From Roseibacillus sp. (lineage in GTDB: Bacteria; Verrucomicrobiota; Verrucomicrobiia; Verrucomicrobiales; Akkermansiaceae): 64,000 nucleotides of DNA. Position 1 is the stretch's first letter. The number at the start of each line of letters is the position of its first letter. A model generated the notes under the pieces. That model ran no database searches, was not told the origin of the DNA, and saw only the letters and a list, made by a program, of their open reading frames with translations. Of this stretch, positions 47,903 to 56,443 are shown piece by piece. The DNA lies in the NCBI GenBank assembly GCA_051251855.1, contig JBPOGI010000001.1, positions 224,001 through 288,000 of the forward strand, written 5' to 3'. The position numbers and the translations under genes were made by a program.

Positions 47903-50900
47903 TTACGGCGAGATGTTTGAAATGCGGAGGAAGTATCGGTCTGCAGTGGTGGGGACTTTGACTCTGATTCGACTGAGGTCAGGCCCGGGAGAGTTGGCTA
48001 TGGGTTCTGATGATATCAGAGTGAACTCAGTTCCAATGGTCAGGTTGGAGAAGTTGAGATCTTCTGACCCCTGAATAATGTAATCGGTGCCAATGGTAAG
48101 GTCGCTGCGGATGATCCATTCAAAGGAGTAGCCTTCGTTGCCAGGAGTGGTGGTCGCTTCGTAGGGACAAATCGTGAGGCCTCGACTTGCGGGATCATTC
48201 GGGTCGCTGTCCGCCCAAAACTCCAGAATCTCGGGGCTACCGTCTTGGTCGGTATCACCGGCGGGATTCACTGCCGAGGAACCGAGGTTCGCTAAGGCCC
48301 ACTCATCGTGAATGCCATCACCCTGGCTGTCGTCGTTGGGGATGTCAGTCACATTGATATTGACTGTGGTCATGACCTCGCCCGGGTTGGGAGCAAAGCC
48401 ATCGCTCACCAAGATAGACAAGACGTCAGCAGGGGATTCCTCAAAGTCCAAGCCATTTTGGACCAAGCCAATCTCGCCGGTGAGCGGGTTGATATCGTAG
48501 TAACTGCCCTCGTTTCCTCCTACGATGGAGTAGGTGAGAGTTCCGCGGGTGGGATCGGGATCATCCAAGTCGGTGACTTGCGGTCCTGCTCCAACGACCG
48601 TTCCAGAAGTGGAATTTTCTATCACCGCATAAGGTCCAGCCGCCGCATCCAAAGTGGGCTTGGCGTTCGCATAGTTGTTGATCCAATCCGTAATGAGAGT
48701 GACGCCTTCTTGGTCGATAATCTCGGTGGCTATGGGAGGCATACGGGTGTAACCATTGGAAGCGGATGCCAAACTCAGAATCATCGATTTGTTCGGATTA
48801 CCCGGGATAACAAATCGATCCGTTGAATCTGCCACTGCAAAACCAATGCCTTCACCGTGGAGAAGGTTTGTCTCTTCAATGCTCAGATTGGGATCGCCTT
48901 TCCAAGTGTCACCCACCGAGATTTCAGTCGTTCCTTCGTAGTGGCAGTAGGAGCAGTTGACCGCAAGATACGACCGGACCCGTTCTTCCAAATTCACACT
49001 GACATCATCAGGAGTATAGAACTTCGGCAAATTCGCGGCCACCGGAGCGGCGCCCGCGCCTTTGTCGAGATACCCTGTCTCGTAAAGAAGCTCCAAGAGG
49101 TTGCCTGACACTCCACCAAGGGAGCCTGGCCGATTTTGTTGCCTCGTGTTGAAGCCAAGCATCACTCCGTTGTCATTGGTGTGACAAGTCCGGCATTCGC
49201 CACGAGAAGGAATAAACCAGTTCGGCTGGCTTCGGGTGCTCCCATCCGCTTCCGTGATCGTTGGTAACGGAATTGATTCGCCGCTGGCGTCAGCCAAAGT
49301 CGCTTCGGTCTGAGCTGTGTTCCAGCGATAGGAAACGGCATAGAAGTCATCTTCCGTCTTAACGATAAATCGAGTTTCCAACCTTTGCACGTTGGTGCCG
49401 GGATTCTGCAAATTCAAATCCATGTCGAAATGCTTCACCCAAACCCCACCTGCTGGGGCTTCCCAAAGACCATCTTCGGAATAGGTCACCATATCAGTGG
49501 CCTCTTTGAGAGCGAAGAAGCGAGTTTTATCAGCATGGTCAGACCAAAAACGCAGGTTGAGATCGTAAGGAACCACCGCCGCACTCGGAGTCAAGGTCGC
49601 GACGTTGCTGAAGGCTCCCGTTTCGGTCAAAGTTTGAGGAAGAGAGCCATCGTCGACATCGAAGGTGATCCGCCGGATTTGGCCCCCGTAGTCGAGCATC
49701 AAAATGCTTCCGTCACCCGGGTCGGTCTCCATCGCTACGATGCCTCCTTCGCTTCCGATGCGCACAGGTGAACTGGCTCCGTAGGTCTTGGTCTCGAAAT
49801 TACTGGAGGTGGAGAGCACCGAGGTCGTCATTCCGGTCTCGTCCATTCCCCAATCACCACCCACCGCCACTCGTTGCACGGTTTGAAAGTCTCCATGATC
49901 AGGGCGATGCATATACCAGATTTCTCCACTAGTGTAGTCGGCAAAGACATAGGCACCAGCGAGAACGGGTATGTCCGTGCTTTGGTAGAAGGCTCCTCCA
50001 ATGATGGACTTCACTCCTCCGGTGTCGTTGCTTCCGGGTCGCAAGTATTGCATCACCGGTTGAATGAAATCCACTCCCGCTGGTGGGTCAAAGAAGGGGC
50101 CGGAGTATCTATTGCTACCCAACTGCAGCACGCCAGGATCAGTTCCTTCGAAGTAGCCCCACCCGGCATTTCCTCCCGGAGGCATGATGCTCAGTTTCTC
50201 GTATCCCGCCGCGCCATCATCCGCCACCCAAAGCTCTCCCGTGTTGGGCACGAAGCCAATTTTCCAAGGGTTTCGGAAGCCGACACAATACATCTCGGTG
50301 CGAACCTCGTAAGCATTCCCCGTAGGAATGGCCTGACCGTTGAAGGTGGTCACTCCCCGACCATCGGTGAAGTTCTGATCGACGTAAGGGTTGTCCGCCG
50401 GAATCGAATAGTAGGCCAAACCGCCATTGAGAGTGACCCCATCCAGATTGGCAGGCTCGTAATTTCCCGCCTTCTTATCCACATCGATGCGTAAAACCGA
50501 AGACCAGATGTCATCATCAATGCGCTGGGTGTGAGCAGGACCGGTAAAGTTTCCATCATCACCGACCGCAATATAGAGATAGCCGTCTGGTCCAAAAAGC
50601 ATTCGGTTGATGCGGTGGATCCCTTGTCCTGAGCCATCACCCGTTCGAGCCTGATGGAGAATCACCTCGGTTGCCGAACTCGCCTCGTTCAGATCGTTGG
50701 CGTTGGCTGTAAAACGTGAAATCCGAATCGAGTCTGGTGCGCCCCCAAAGCCCACCGTGCTGTCATATCCCACATAAAAGTAGCGGTTATTGGCGAAGTC
50801 AGGATGAAATGCCACCCCGCGCAGACCGGCAAAAGTGGAGGTGCGCACATTAGGGATATCAAGTAAAAGCGACCGCGAGGGAGAGGCCGAATCAATGTCG

Positions 50901-52534
50901 TTGACCAAGTAGATCTGACCGCTGCGCTCGGTGACCACGAGCTTACTCGTGTCTCCAGACAAATGCTCCAGACAAGTGGGCTGACTAAAAGTGATTCCCG
51001 GGAAGGCATCAGGAAAAGAAAACCCTCCAGAGGGAGCCTCTAACGGAAAGCTCAGAGTGTCACCATAGGACTCTTTGTTGCCATTATTGGCGATTACAGT
51101 GACTTCGCCGGAATACAAGTTGTTGTCCAAGTCCTCCACGGAATAGGCAAAGACATCGTTTCCCACGCAGCCCCCTTGAACATACTCAATGGTTCCATCG
51201 ACTTGAACCGAAGCCGTGCCTTCCGTTGGTGGAGTGGTCACTTGCAAGGTGGTGAGATCCCAGTTTCCGGTATCGTTGCTCAAGACATCCAAAAAAGTAG
51301 TCGAGGAAGTGATGACGTTGAACAAGTCGTCAACAACGCCGGGGGGAGAGGAGGAAGACAATTCAATGGTCGCCTGCAAGGCGGTTTCGTCTCCACCAAA
51401 GTGACTATTATTGCCGACGACAAAGCTAATGGTGTCACCCGCAGCCACGACGACATTCGAAAGCAAGAAGGTTCCGTCAACCTCGAAGAGTCTTCCTGCC
51501 GAACCTGTCGCCGAGAATAAGCTCGTTGAGTTATGATAGACACTGACTGCGACAGAGTTGCCACCGTTTCCGCTCGTTCCTCCCTGCAAATCCCGGAAGC
51601 TCCCTGCGATCTCCGCATTGACCCCATTGGCAATATCCGCTGCCGAAATCGTATAGCGTGCAATGATGAAGGCGTCGTCCGAGTCATTACCTGGTTGAAT
51701 GAGCAAGTCGGTTCCCGCGACGCCGCTGTGTCCGGCGCTCGAATACAGCCGGTAAGGACTTCCACTGCCGAGAATGGAAGCCGAATCAACATCACCTGCT
51801 CCTCCGAACCCGATATTTGCCGAATCCCCAACAGATTGATTAGCCGCCAAAGCCGCCTCGGTGCCACCTGAGGCGGCGGTCGCTTCGAAATACTGCCAGC
51901 CTGTAGGAAAAGTAGCAGCGTCAATATAGTCCGCTGCCGTATCCGCCACGATGACCGGTCCCGTTGGCGGCACGAAAGTCTCCCGAAGCTGATAGCCGGT
52001 CAGTCGGACTCCTTGTCTGCTGGATGTGACGACCAGATTTTGGCTGGTGGAGTTTGCAGTAAAGGTGCCTATTGCGTAGTCATTACCGTTCAGAACATTG
52101 TCTCCTGTCCCAGTCAAAGTCATGGTCCGCTGAGGGCTCGCATTGAAGCCTCCATCATCGGCGTACCAGACCTGCACCCGATAGCTGGTGCCGCTGTCCA
52201 CTGAGAGTGGAATGGTTACTGAAGTTTCGCCGTTGGGAGTAAAATCAAGATCCCCGAGAAACACATCGTAATCGCTGTTGCCGGTAACGAGAGAAAAGAA
52301 GTCGCCGTTGTTGTCGTTTGTGAGGCTGTTGTTTTCGGCAAAGTCGATGCCAGCGATTGTGACCACAGAAGGAGCACCCGTTCCCGAGAAGTTTTGCGCC
52401 GTGATGAAGGTCCCGGTTGAATCAATGTCGTTGACATCAGCAATGTCCGAAGTGGTCCAGTCAATGGTCGCTGCGTTTGTTTGAATAGCGAGAAGGCATA
52501 GTGCCGAAAATCCTGAAAAAGGGTTGAGGGTCAT
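47903..52534 (-). CDS. Large secreted multidomain protein: two unknown N-terminal domains, Ig-like domain, PQQ-type glucose/sorbosone dehydrogenase, diheme cytochrome c, cadherin, C-terminal domain
   Basis: Signal peptide; GVAFHPDF, FGPDGYLYIAVGD and GFRNPW GSDH motifs; CRTCH (49181-49195) and CSYCH (48941-48955); LDFE cadherin motif. Confidence 0.85.
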   Translation of the reverse strand: MTLNPFSGFSALCLLAIQTNAATIDWTTSDIADVNDIDSTGTFITAQNFSGTGAPSVVTIAGIDFAENNSLTNDNNGDFFSLVTGNSDYDVFLGDLDFTPNGETSVTIPLSVDSGTSYRVQVWYADDGGFNASPQRTMTLTGTGDNVLNGNDYAIGTFTANSTSQNLVVTSSRQGVRLTGYQLRETFVPPTGPVIVADTAADYIDAATFPTGWQYFEATAASGGTEAALAANQSVGDSANIGFGGAGDVDSASILGSGSPYRLYSSAGHSGVAGTDLLIQPGNDSDDAFIIARYTISAADIANGVNAEIAGSFRDLQGGTSGNGGNSVAVSVYHNSTSLFSATGSAGRLFEVDGTFLLSNVVVAAGDTISFVVGNNSHFGGDETALQATIELSSSSPPGVVDDLFNVITSSTTFLDVLSNDTGNWDLTTLQVTTPPTEGTASVQVDGTIEYVQGGCVGNDVFAYSVEDLDNNLYSGEVTVIANNGNKESYGDTLSFPLEAPSGGFSFPDAFPGITFSQPTCLEHLSGDTSKLVVTERSGQIYLVNDIDSASPSRSLLLDIPNVRTSTFAGLRGVAFHPDFANNRYFYVGYDSTVGFGGAPDSIRISRFTANANDLNEASSATEVILHQARTGDGSGQGIHRINRMLFGPDGYLYIAVGDDGNFTGPAHTQRIDDDIWSSVLRIDVDKKAGNYEPANLDGVTLNGGLAYYSIPADNPYVDQNFTDGRGVTTFNGQAIPTGNAYEVRTEMYCVGFRNPWKIGFVPNTGELWVADDGAAGYEKLSIMPPGGNAGWGYFEGTDPGVLQLGSNRYSGPFFDPPAGVDFIQPVMQYLRPGSNDTGGVKSIIGGAFYQSTDIPVLAGAYVFADYTSGEIWYMHRPDHGDFQTVQRVAVGGDWGMDETGMTTSVLSTSSNFETKTYGASSPVRIGSEGGIVAMETDPGDGSILMLDYGGQIRRITFDVDDGSLPQTLTETGAFSNVATLTPSAAVVPYDLNLRFWSDHADKTRFFALKEATDMVTYSEDGLWEAPAGGVWVKHFDMDLNLQNPGTNVQRLETRFIVKTEDDFYAVSYRWNTAQTEATLADASGESIPLPTITEADGSTRSQPNWFIPSRGECRTCHTNDNGVMLGFNTRQQNRPGSLGGVSGNLLELLYETGYLDKGAGAAPVAANLPKFYTPDDVSVNLEERVRSYLAVNCSYCHYEGTTEISVGDTWKGDPNLSIEETNLLHGEGIGFAVADSTDRFVIPGNPNKSMILSLASASNGYTRMPPIATEIIDQEGVTLITDWINNYANAKPTLDAAAGPYAVIENSTSGTVVGAGPQVTDLDDPDPTRGTLTYSIVGGNEGSYYDINPLTGEIGLVQNGLDFEESPADVLSILVSDGFAPNPGEVMTTVNINVTDIPNDDSQGDGIHDEWALANLGSSAVNPAGDTDQDGSPEILEFWADSDPNDPASRGLTICPYEATTTPGNEGYSFEWIIRSDLTIGTDYIIQGSEDLNFSNLTIGTEFTLISSEPIANSPGPDLSRIRVKVPTTADRYFLRISNISP

Positions 52535-52630
52535 ATCAATGAGTTAGGGAGTTTTGAAACGGTCATTGGCCAGTTTGTGGGGAACATATGAATAACTGTG
52601 ACGTCTCGGCGCAGTTTGAGACTGTAAGTC

Positions 52631-52639
52631 GACAAAAGT
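52631..52639. promoter_or_regulatory. Shared upstream motif GACAAAAGT (copy 1)
   Basis: 97 bp from the ATG of 47903..52534; an identical 9-mer lies 94 bp from the ATG at 56228. Confidence 0.4.
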
Positions 52640-52825
52640 CGAAGCCACGCGGGATGGCAGTTGGGTTAGGTCTGAATCTTCAACCATCACGGGTTTTTTA
52701 CGTTTGGGTTCAAAGAGTGGAGAAAATGTGGGTAATGCTCCTATTCTACGGCAATAAACGTAGTCGAGTAATGGGTGGGCATTAATGATTCGTCTTCAAT
52801 TAGGACGTTGACGAGATGGTGATCT

Positions 52826-52857
52826 AAAAACCGCAGCACCTGAATGGCACTGCGGTT
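52826..52857 (-). terminator. Intrinsic terminator after the PEP-CTERM gene
   Basis: aaccgcag...ctgcggtt stem with a T run on the minus strand. Confidence 0.6.
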
Positions 52858-52914
52858 CTTGAAAAATCGCCCTGCCATGATCGCAGCAGGGGAGTCTGAA
52901 ATTTTTCGAATCGT

Positions 52915-53577
52915 CTAGCGACGGCGGCGCAAGAGGCCGAGAAGACCAAGGCCTCCTAAGAGAGCTACGGATGGCTCAGGAATAGCACGCAACTGCATGG
53001 CCGTCATTCGAACTCCATTGTGGGTCGATGAGGTGATGATGTCGATGGAAGAGGAGTCTGCCTTGAAGGTAGCGGTGGTAAACTCTTCACCATTGATGGT
53101 GTTGTCTCCAGTCTGCGTAGAAGCAGGCGATCCACCAGTATTGACAATGCTGATCGTGATTTCTCGATTGCGAACTGCCCAGTTGTCATCAGCATACCAA
53201 TACTGAAAGACGTAGTCCTGACCAATCGAAAGTCCCGTTATGGTTGTCAAGGTGAGGTCACCAGTACCGTTTGTCTGATAATCGATATTGGACATCATTA
53301 GTTCATAGTCGCCTGTTCCGGCTCCGGACCATGAATCACCAGTGAACGAATTGCCCAGTAAGGTGGTGGAGGGAGTGAAAGTAACTCCATTGACAACTCG
53401 ATTAGCCGTGACGCCGTTTCCAGCACCATTGTAGGCCACTACCGTACTCCCGACGTTGTTCACGTCCGATGCTCCGGAGATTGCAGATGTTGACCACGAA
53501 ATAGTCGCCGCATTCGCGGACAAGGCAAGTCCTCCAAGCAGCAAGGAAGCGCAGCCTATTTTTATTTTCATTTTCAT
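52915..53577 (-). CDS. PEP-CTERM surface protein
   Basis: Signal peptide (ANA), IPEPS-TM-RRRR tail. Confidence 0.9.
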   Translation of the reverse strand: MKMKIKIGCASLLLGGLALSANAATISWSTSAISGASDVNNVGSTVVAYNGAGNGVTANRVVNGVTFTPSTTLLGNSFTGDSWSGAGTGDYELMMSNIDYQTNGTGDLTLTTITGLSIGQDYVFQYWYADDNWAVRNREITISIVNTGGSPASTQTGDNTINGEEFTTATFKADSSSIDIITSSTHNGVRMTAMQLRAIPEPSVALLGGLGLLGLLRRRR

Positions 53578-53708
53578 TTTTTTATGTCCTAGCGAAAAGA
53601 CTTCGATCTCGAAGGTTCTTCACTAAGGGTTCTTGTTCGTTGTTAGGTAGGTTCACTTCAAAGTTTCAGCGCCATAAAGAAACTGAAACTGGTCAGAGAT
53701 GGTTTTCG

Positions 53709-56228
53709 TTAGTTAGGTGTCACAACGACTCGCCCAAAGAGTTTGTCGTCATTGGTGAGAGAGATTTTGCTGATGGTGATGGTTACTTCCTGCTCGCCAC
53801 CAGATGGAGTTCCCAAGCTTACTTGAGGGTCTCCGGTGTCGATGGATACCTGAGTGAAGCTTCCTGAAGTCAGAGTCTCGCTATACTCAAAAACGTGAGT
53901 CTCAGTGGCCGCAGCAGTATCCGCGCGAGTGTAGGTAAAGACGAAGTTGGCTCCCGAACCATCGGGAGTTTCCAGACAAATGGCCTCCTGAGGTTCTACC
54001 ACCAAATTAGGGTCAAAATCGACGCAAATGGCGGCCTGTAGGGCGGTTTCATCGGCTCCGAGGTGGCCATTGGCTCCGACCACAAAATCGATGGTGTCGC
54101 CCTCAGCGAAGGTGAGGCCGGTGATGTTGAAGGTGCCTTCCGCTTGAGTAAGCGCATTGGGCGTTGATTGGTTTCCAAGCGCTGCAAATTGACTGACTCC
54201 ATTGAGGAAAACTTCACTACTAACGGAATCGACGGCAGCGTTTCCCCCAATAATAAGCTCACGGAAGTTGCCGCTGATTGCGCCTGTGTTCGGGACCTGT
54301 CCGTTCACATCGTCCGCAGAAACGGTGTAACGGATAATGAGAAACTCATCGTTGTTACCTACTGCCCCAGGGTGAACGAGCAAATCGGTTCCAATCACTC
54401 CATCGTTCAGGTCACCATTCGCAAAGATTTCAAACTCGGCTGCTTCGTCAGTTTCCGTTCCATAGACTGAGGCTGTTCCATTACTAGATACGCCCACAAA
54501 TCCTTGGTAATCAGCAGCTGGATTTTGGTTGCCAACCCGACCCGCAGTGAGAGGGGTGAGGGCAGCTCCAGAAGCGGCAGTCGATCCAAAATAGCTCCAA
54601 CCAGAAGGAAGAACCGTCAAGTCTTCAACTAATCCGCCAGCAGCTGCGACGTAGTCAAGAGCGGCATCGGCAATGGCGACTTTTCCGGCTGAAATCGCAA
54701 AGACATCGACCGTGATGGTGACGGTAACAGTTTCAAAGCCATCGGTGACATCTACCGTGAAGGTATCATCAGTCGTAGTGCCGGCAGCAGGGAAATAGCC
54801 TACCTCAGTCGGAGTGAAGCTGATGGTGGCTCCATTCACGCTCACTCCGTCGGCTCCTGTAATCGTCAAAACGTCTCCGTCAGCATCTGTTGCCAGAGCG
54901 CTAGTGGTGAGAATGAGAGGAGTATTCTCAGGGGTGCTTTCGCCTGGTGCGTTGGCCACAGGAGGATCGTTTGTTCTGACCACAATATCGGCAGGATCAC
55001 TGAATGCATCACCCGCGCTATTTGAGACAAAGCAGTCGTAACTCCCAGAGTCGCTCTCTACCACCGAGGCGATAGTGAAAGTCGAGCTCGTCGCACCTAC
55101 AATATCTTCAAATCCACTACCGTCATCATAGGCCCACTGGTAGGCGAAAGGTTCATCTGTTCCATCAGCGATCACAGTCAGGGTTAAGGTCTCTCCCTCA
55201 ATCAATGTTTGTGAAGCCGGTTGGGTAGTAATGGTGGGCGGCTCAACGCTAACGGTGACTATCGCTGCCAAGCTAGTATCAGTTCCAAAGGCATTCGTGA
55301 TAACGCAATCATAGGATGCCGCGTCACTTACGATCACCGAAGCAATGTTGAAGGTCGCACTCGTTGCACCACTGATATCGACCAGATCCTTCCGCCATTG
55401 ATAGGTGAAGGGTTGGGTTCCGGTGACGCTCACGGCGAGGTCTAATGCTTCGCCTATGAAGAGGTCTTGATTGCCCGGGTCGGCGGTGATCGTGGGTGGA
55501 TCATTGAGCGGAGCGTCTCCAAGGTCGATGGAAGCGACTAGCGCAGTTTCATCACTGGCAAAATGGCCATTATTGAAGGCGACAAAGCTAATGGTGTCGC
55601 CTTCGGCCACAGCGGTTTCTACATTGAAGACTCCGCTGGGCAGGGTGCCGTCATTGTAGAGTCTGCTTAGCTCTCCAGTGGCTGAAAAGAGCGAACTGTC
55701 ATTCAACAAAACTTGCGCGACGATGGAGTTATTGCTGTTGGTGTTACTGTTTCCCTGCAGATCTCTGAAGCTACCCGTAATCGTGGCGTAGTCGCCATTC
55801 GTGATATCGGCAGCGGAAACTGTATAGCGCACGATGATGTATGCGGTTCCCGCATTGTTGCCAGGGTGAATGAGCAAATCATCGCCGACTACTCCAGCAT
55901 GCGCAGTCCCAAACAGTCCGTAATTTGTAGCGGTCCCAGCGATGCTGCCGAGGACATTTGGTGTCCCAGAACCTCCGGCCGTACTGCCAAAGCCGTTGTT
56001 GTCTTGATTCCCTACTCCAACATCAGCAGTCAATGGAACTTCCGTCCCACCTGAAGCGGCATCGGAGTAGACGTATTCCCATCCCGCAGGAGGAGCGGTG
56101 GGAGCCAATCCAGCGCCGATGCCTGGTGCCGTTTGATAGTCAGCAGCCGCATTGGCCACTTCTACCGCTTGAAGGTGGGCCCCGAGGAGGCCCACGACGA
56201 GAGTTGTGAGAATGGTTTTATGTTTCAT
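53709..56228 (-). CDS. Secreted protein with two copies of an unknown ~200-aa domain, two Ig domains and a cadherin-like domain
   Basis: Signal peptide MKHKT...LQA; Ig signatures YQW...DAASYDC and YQW...DSGSYDC; DADGDVL; internal duplication. Confidence 0.85.
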   Translation of the reverse strand: MKHKTILTTLVVGLLGAHLQAVEVANAAADYQTAPGIGAGLAPTAPPAGWEYVYSDAASGGTEVPLTADVGVGNQDNNGFGSTAGGSGTPNVLGSIAGTATNYGLFGTAHAGVVGDDLLIHPGNNAGTAYIIVRYTVSAADITNGDYATITGSFRDLQGNSNTNSNNSIVAQVLLNDSSLFSATGELSRLYNDGTLPSGVFNVETAVAEGDTISFVAFNNGHFASDETALVASIDLGDAPLNDPPTITADPGNQDLFIGEALDLAVSVTGTQPFTYQWRKDLVDISGATSATFNIASVIVSDAASYDCVITNAFGTDTSLAAIVTVSVEPPTITTQPASQTLIEGETLTLTVIADGTDEPFAYQWAYDDGSGFEDIVGATSSTFTIASVVESDSGSYDCFVSNSAGDAFSDPADIVVRTNDPPVANAPGESTPENTPLILTTSALATDADGDVLTITGADGVSVNGATISFTPTEVGYFPAAGTTTDDTFTVDVTDGFETVTVTITVDVFAISAGKVAIADAALDYVAAAGGLVEDLTVLPSGWSYFGSTAASGAALTPLTAGRVGNQNPAADYQGFVGVSSNGTASVYGTETDEAAEFEIFANGDLNDGVIGTDLLVHPGAVGNNDEFLIIRYTVSADDVNGQVPNTGAISGNFRELIIGGNAAVDSVSSEVFLNGVSQFAALGNQSTPNALTQAEGTFNITGLTFAEGDTIDFVVGANGHLGADETALQAAICVDFDPNLVVEPQEAICLETPDGSGANFVFTYTRADTAAATETHVFEYSETLTSGSFTQVSIDTGDPQVSLGTPSGGEQEVTITISKISLTNDDKLFGRVVVTPN

Positions 56229-56321
56229 GGGTATTGAAAAAGTGTCTGTCCACGCGTTGAGGTATTTAGACAGTGAAAATGGACGCATTTTTGGTCAATG
56301 CTGTCTGTCCTCTTTTTGGAG

Positions 56322-56330
56322 GACAAAAGT
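56322..56330. promoter_or_regulatory. Shared upstream motif GACAAAAGT (copy 2)
   Basis: In the divergent intergenic region between the secreted-protein genes and the kinase. Confidence 0.4.
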
Positions 56331-56427
56331 GGGAGGATCCCACTGAGAATAAGCCTTTTTCGATGCCCTAGTGAAGGCGTTCTCTTGATTTCTCTTTGCG
56401 ATCTGGGGTGAATCGGTAATTTGGTCG

Positions 56428-56440
56428 CAAGTTGTTGATT
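56428..56440 (-). promoter_or_regulatory. IHF-type consensus site
   Basis: Minus strand AATCAACAACTTG matches the E. coli consensus WATCAANNNNTTR. Confidence 0.35.
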
Positions 56441-56443
56441 GAT

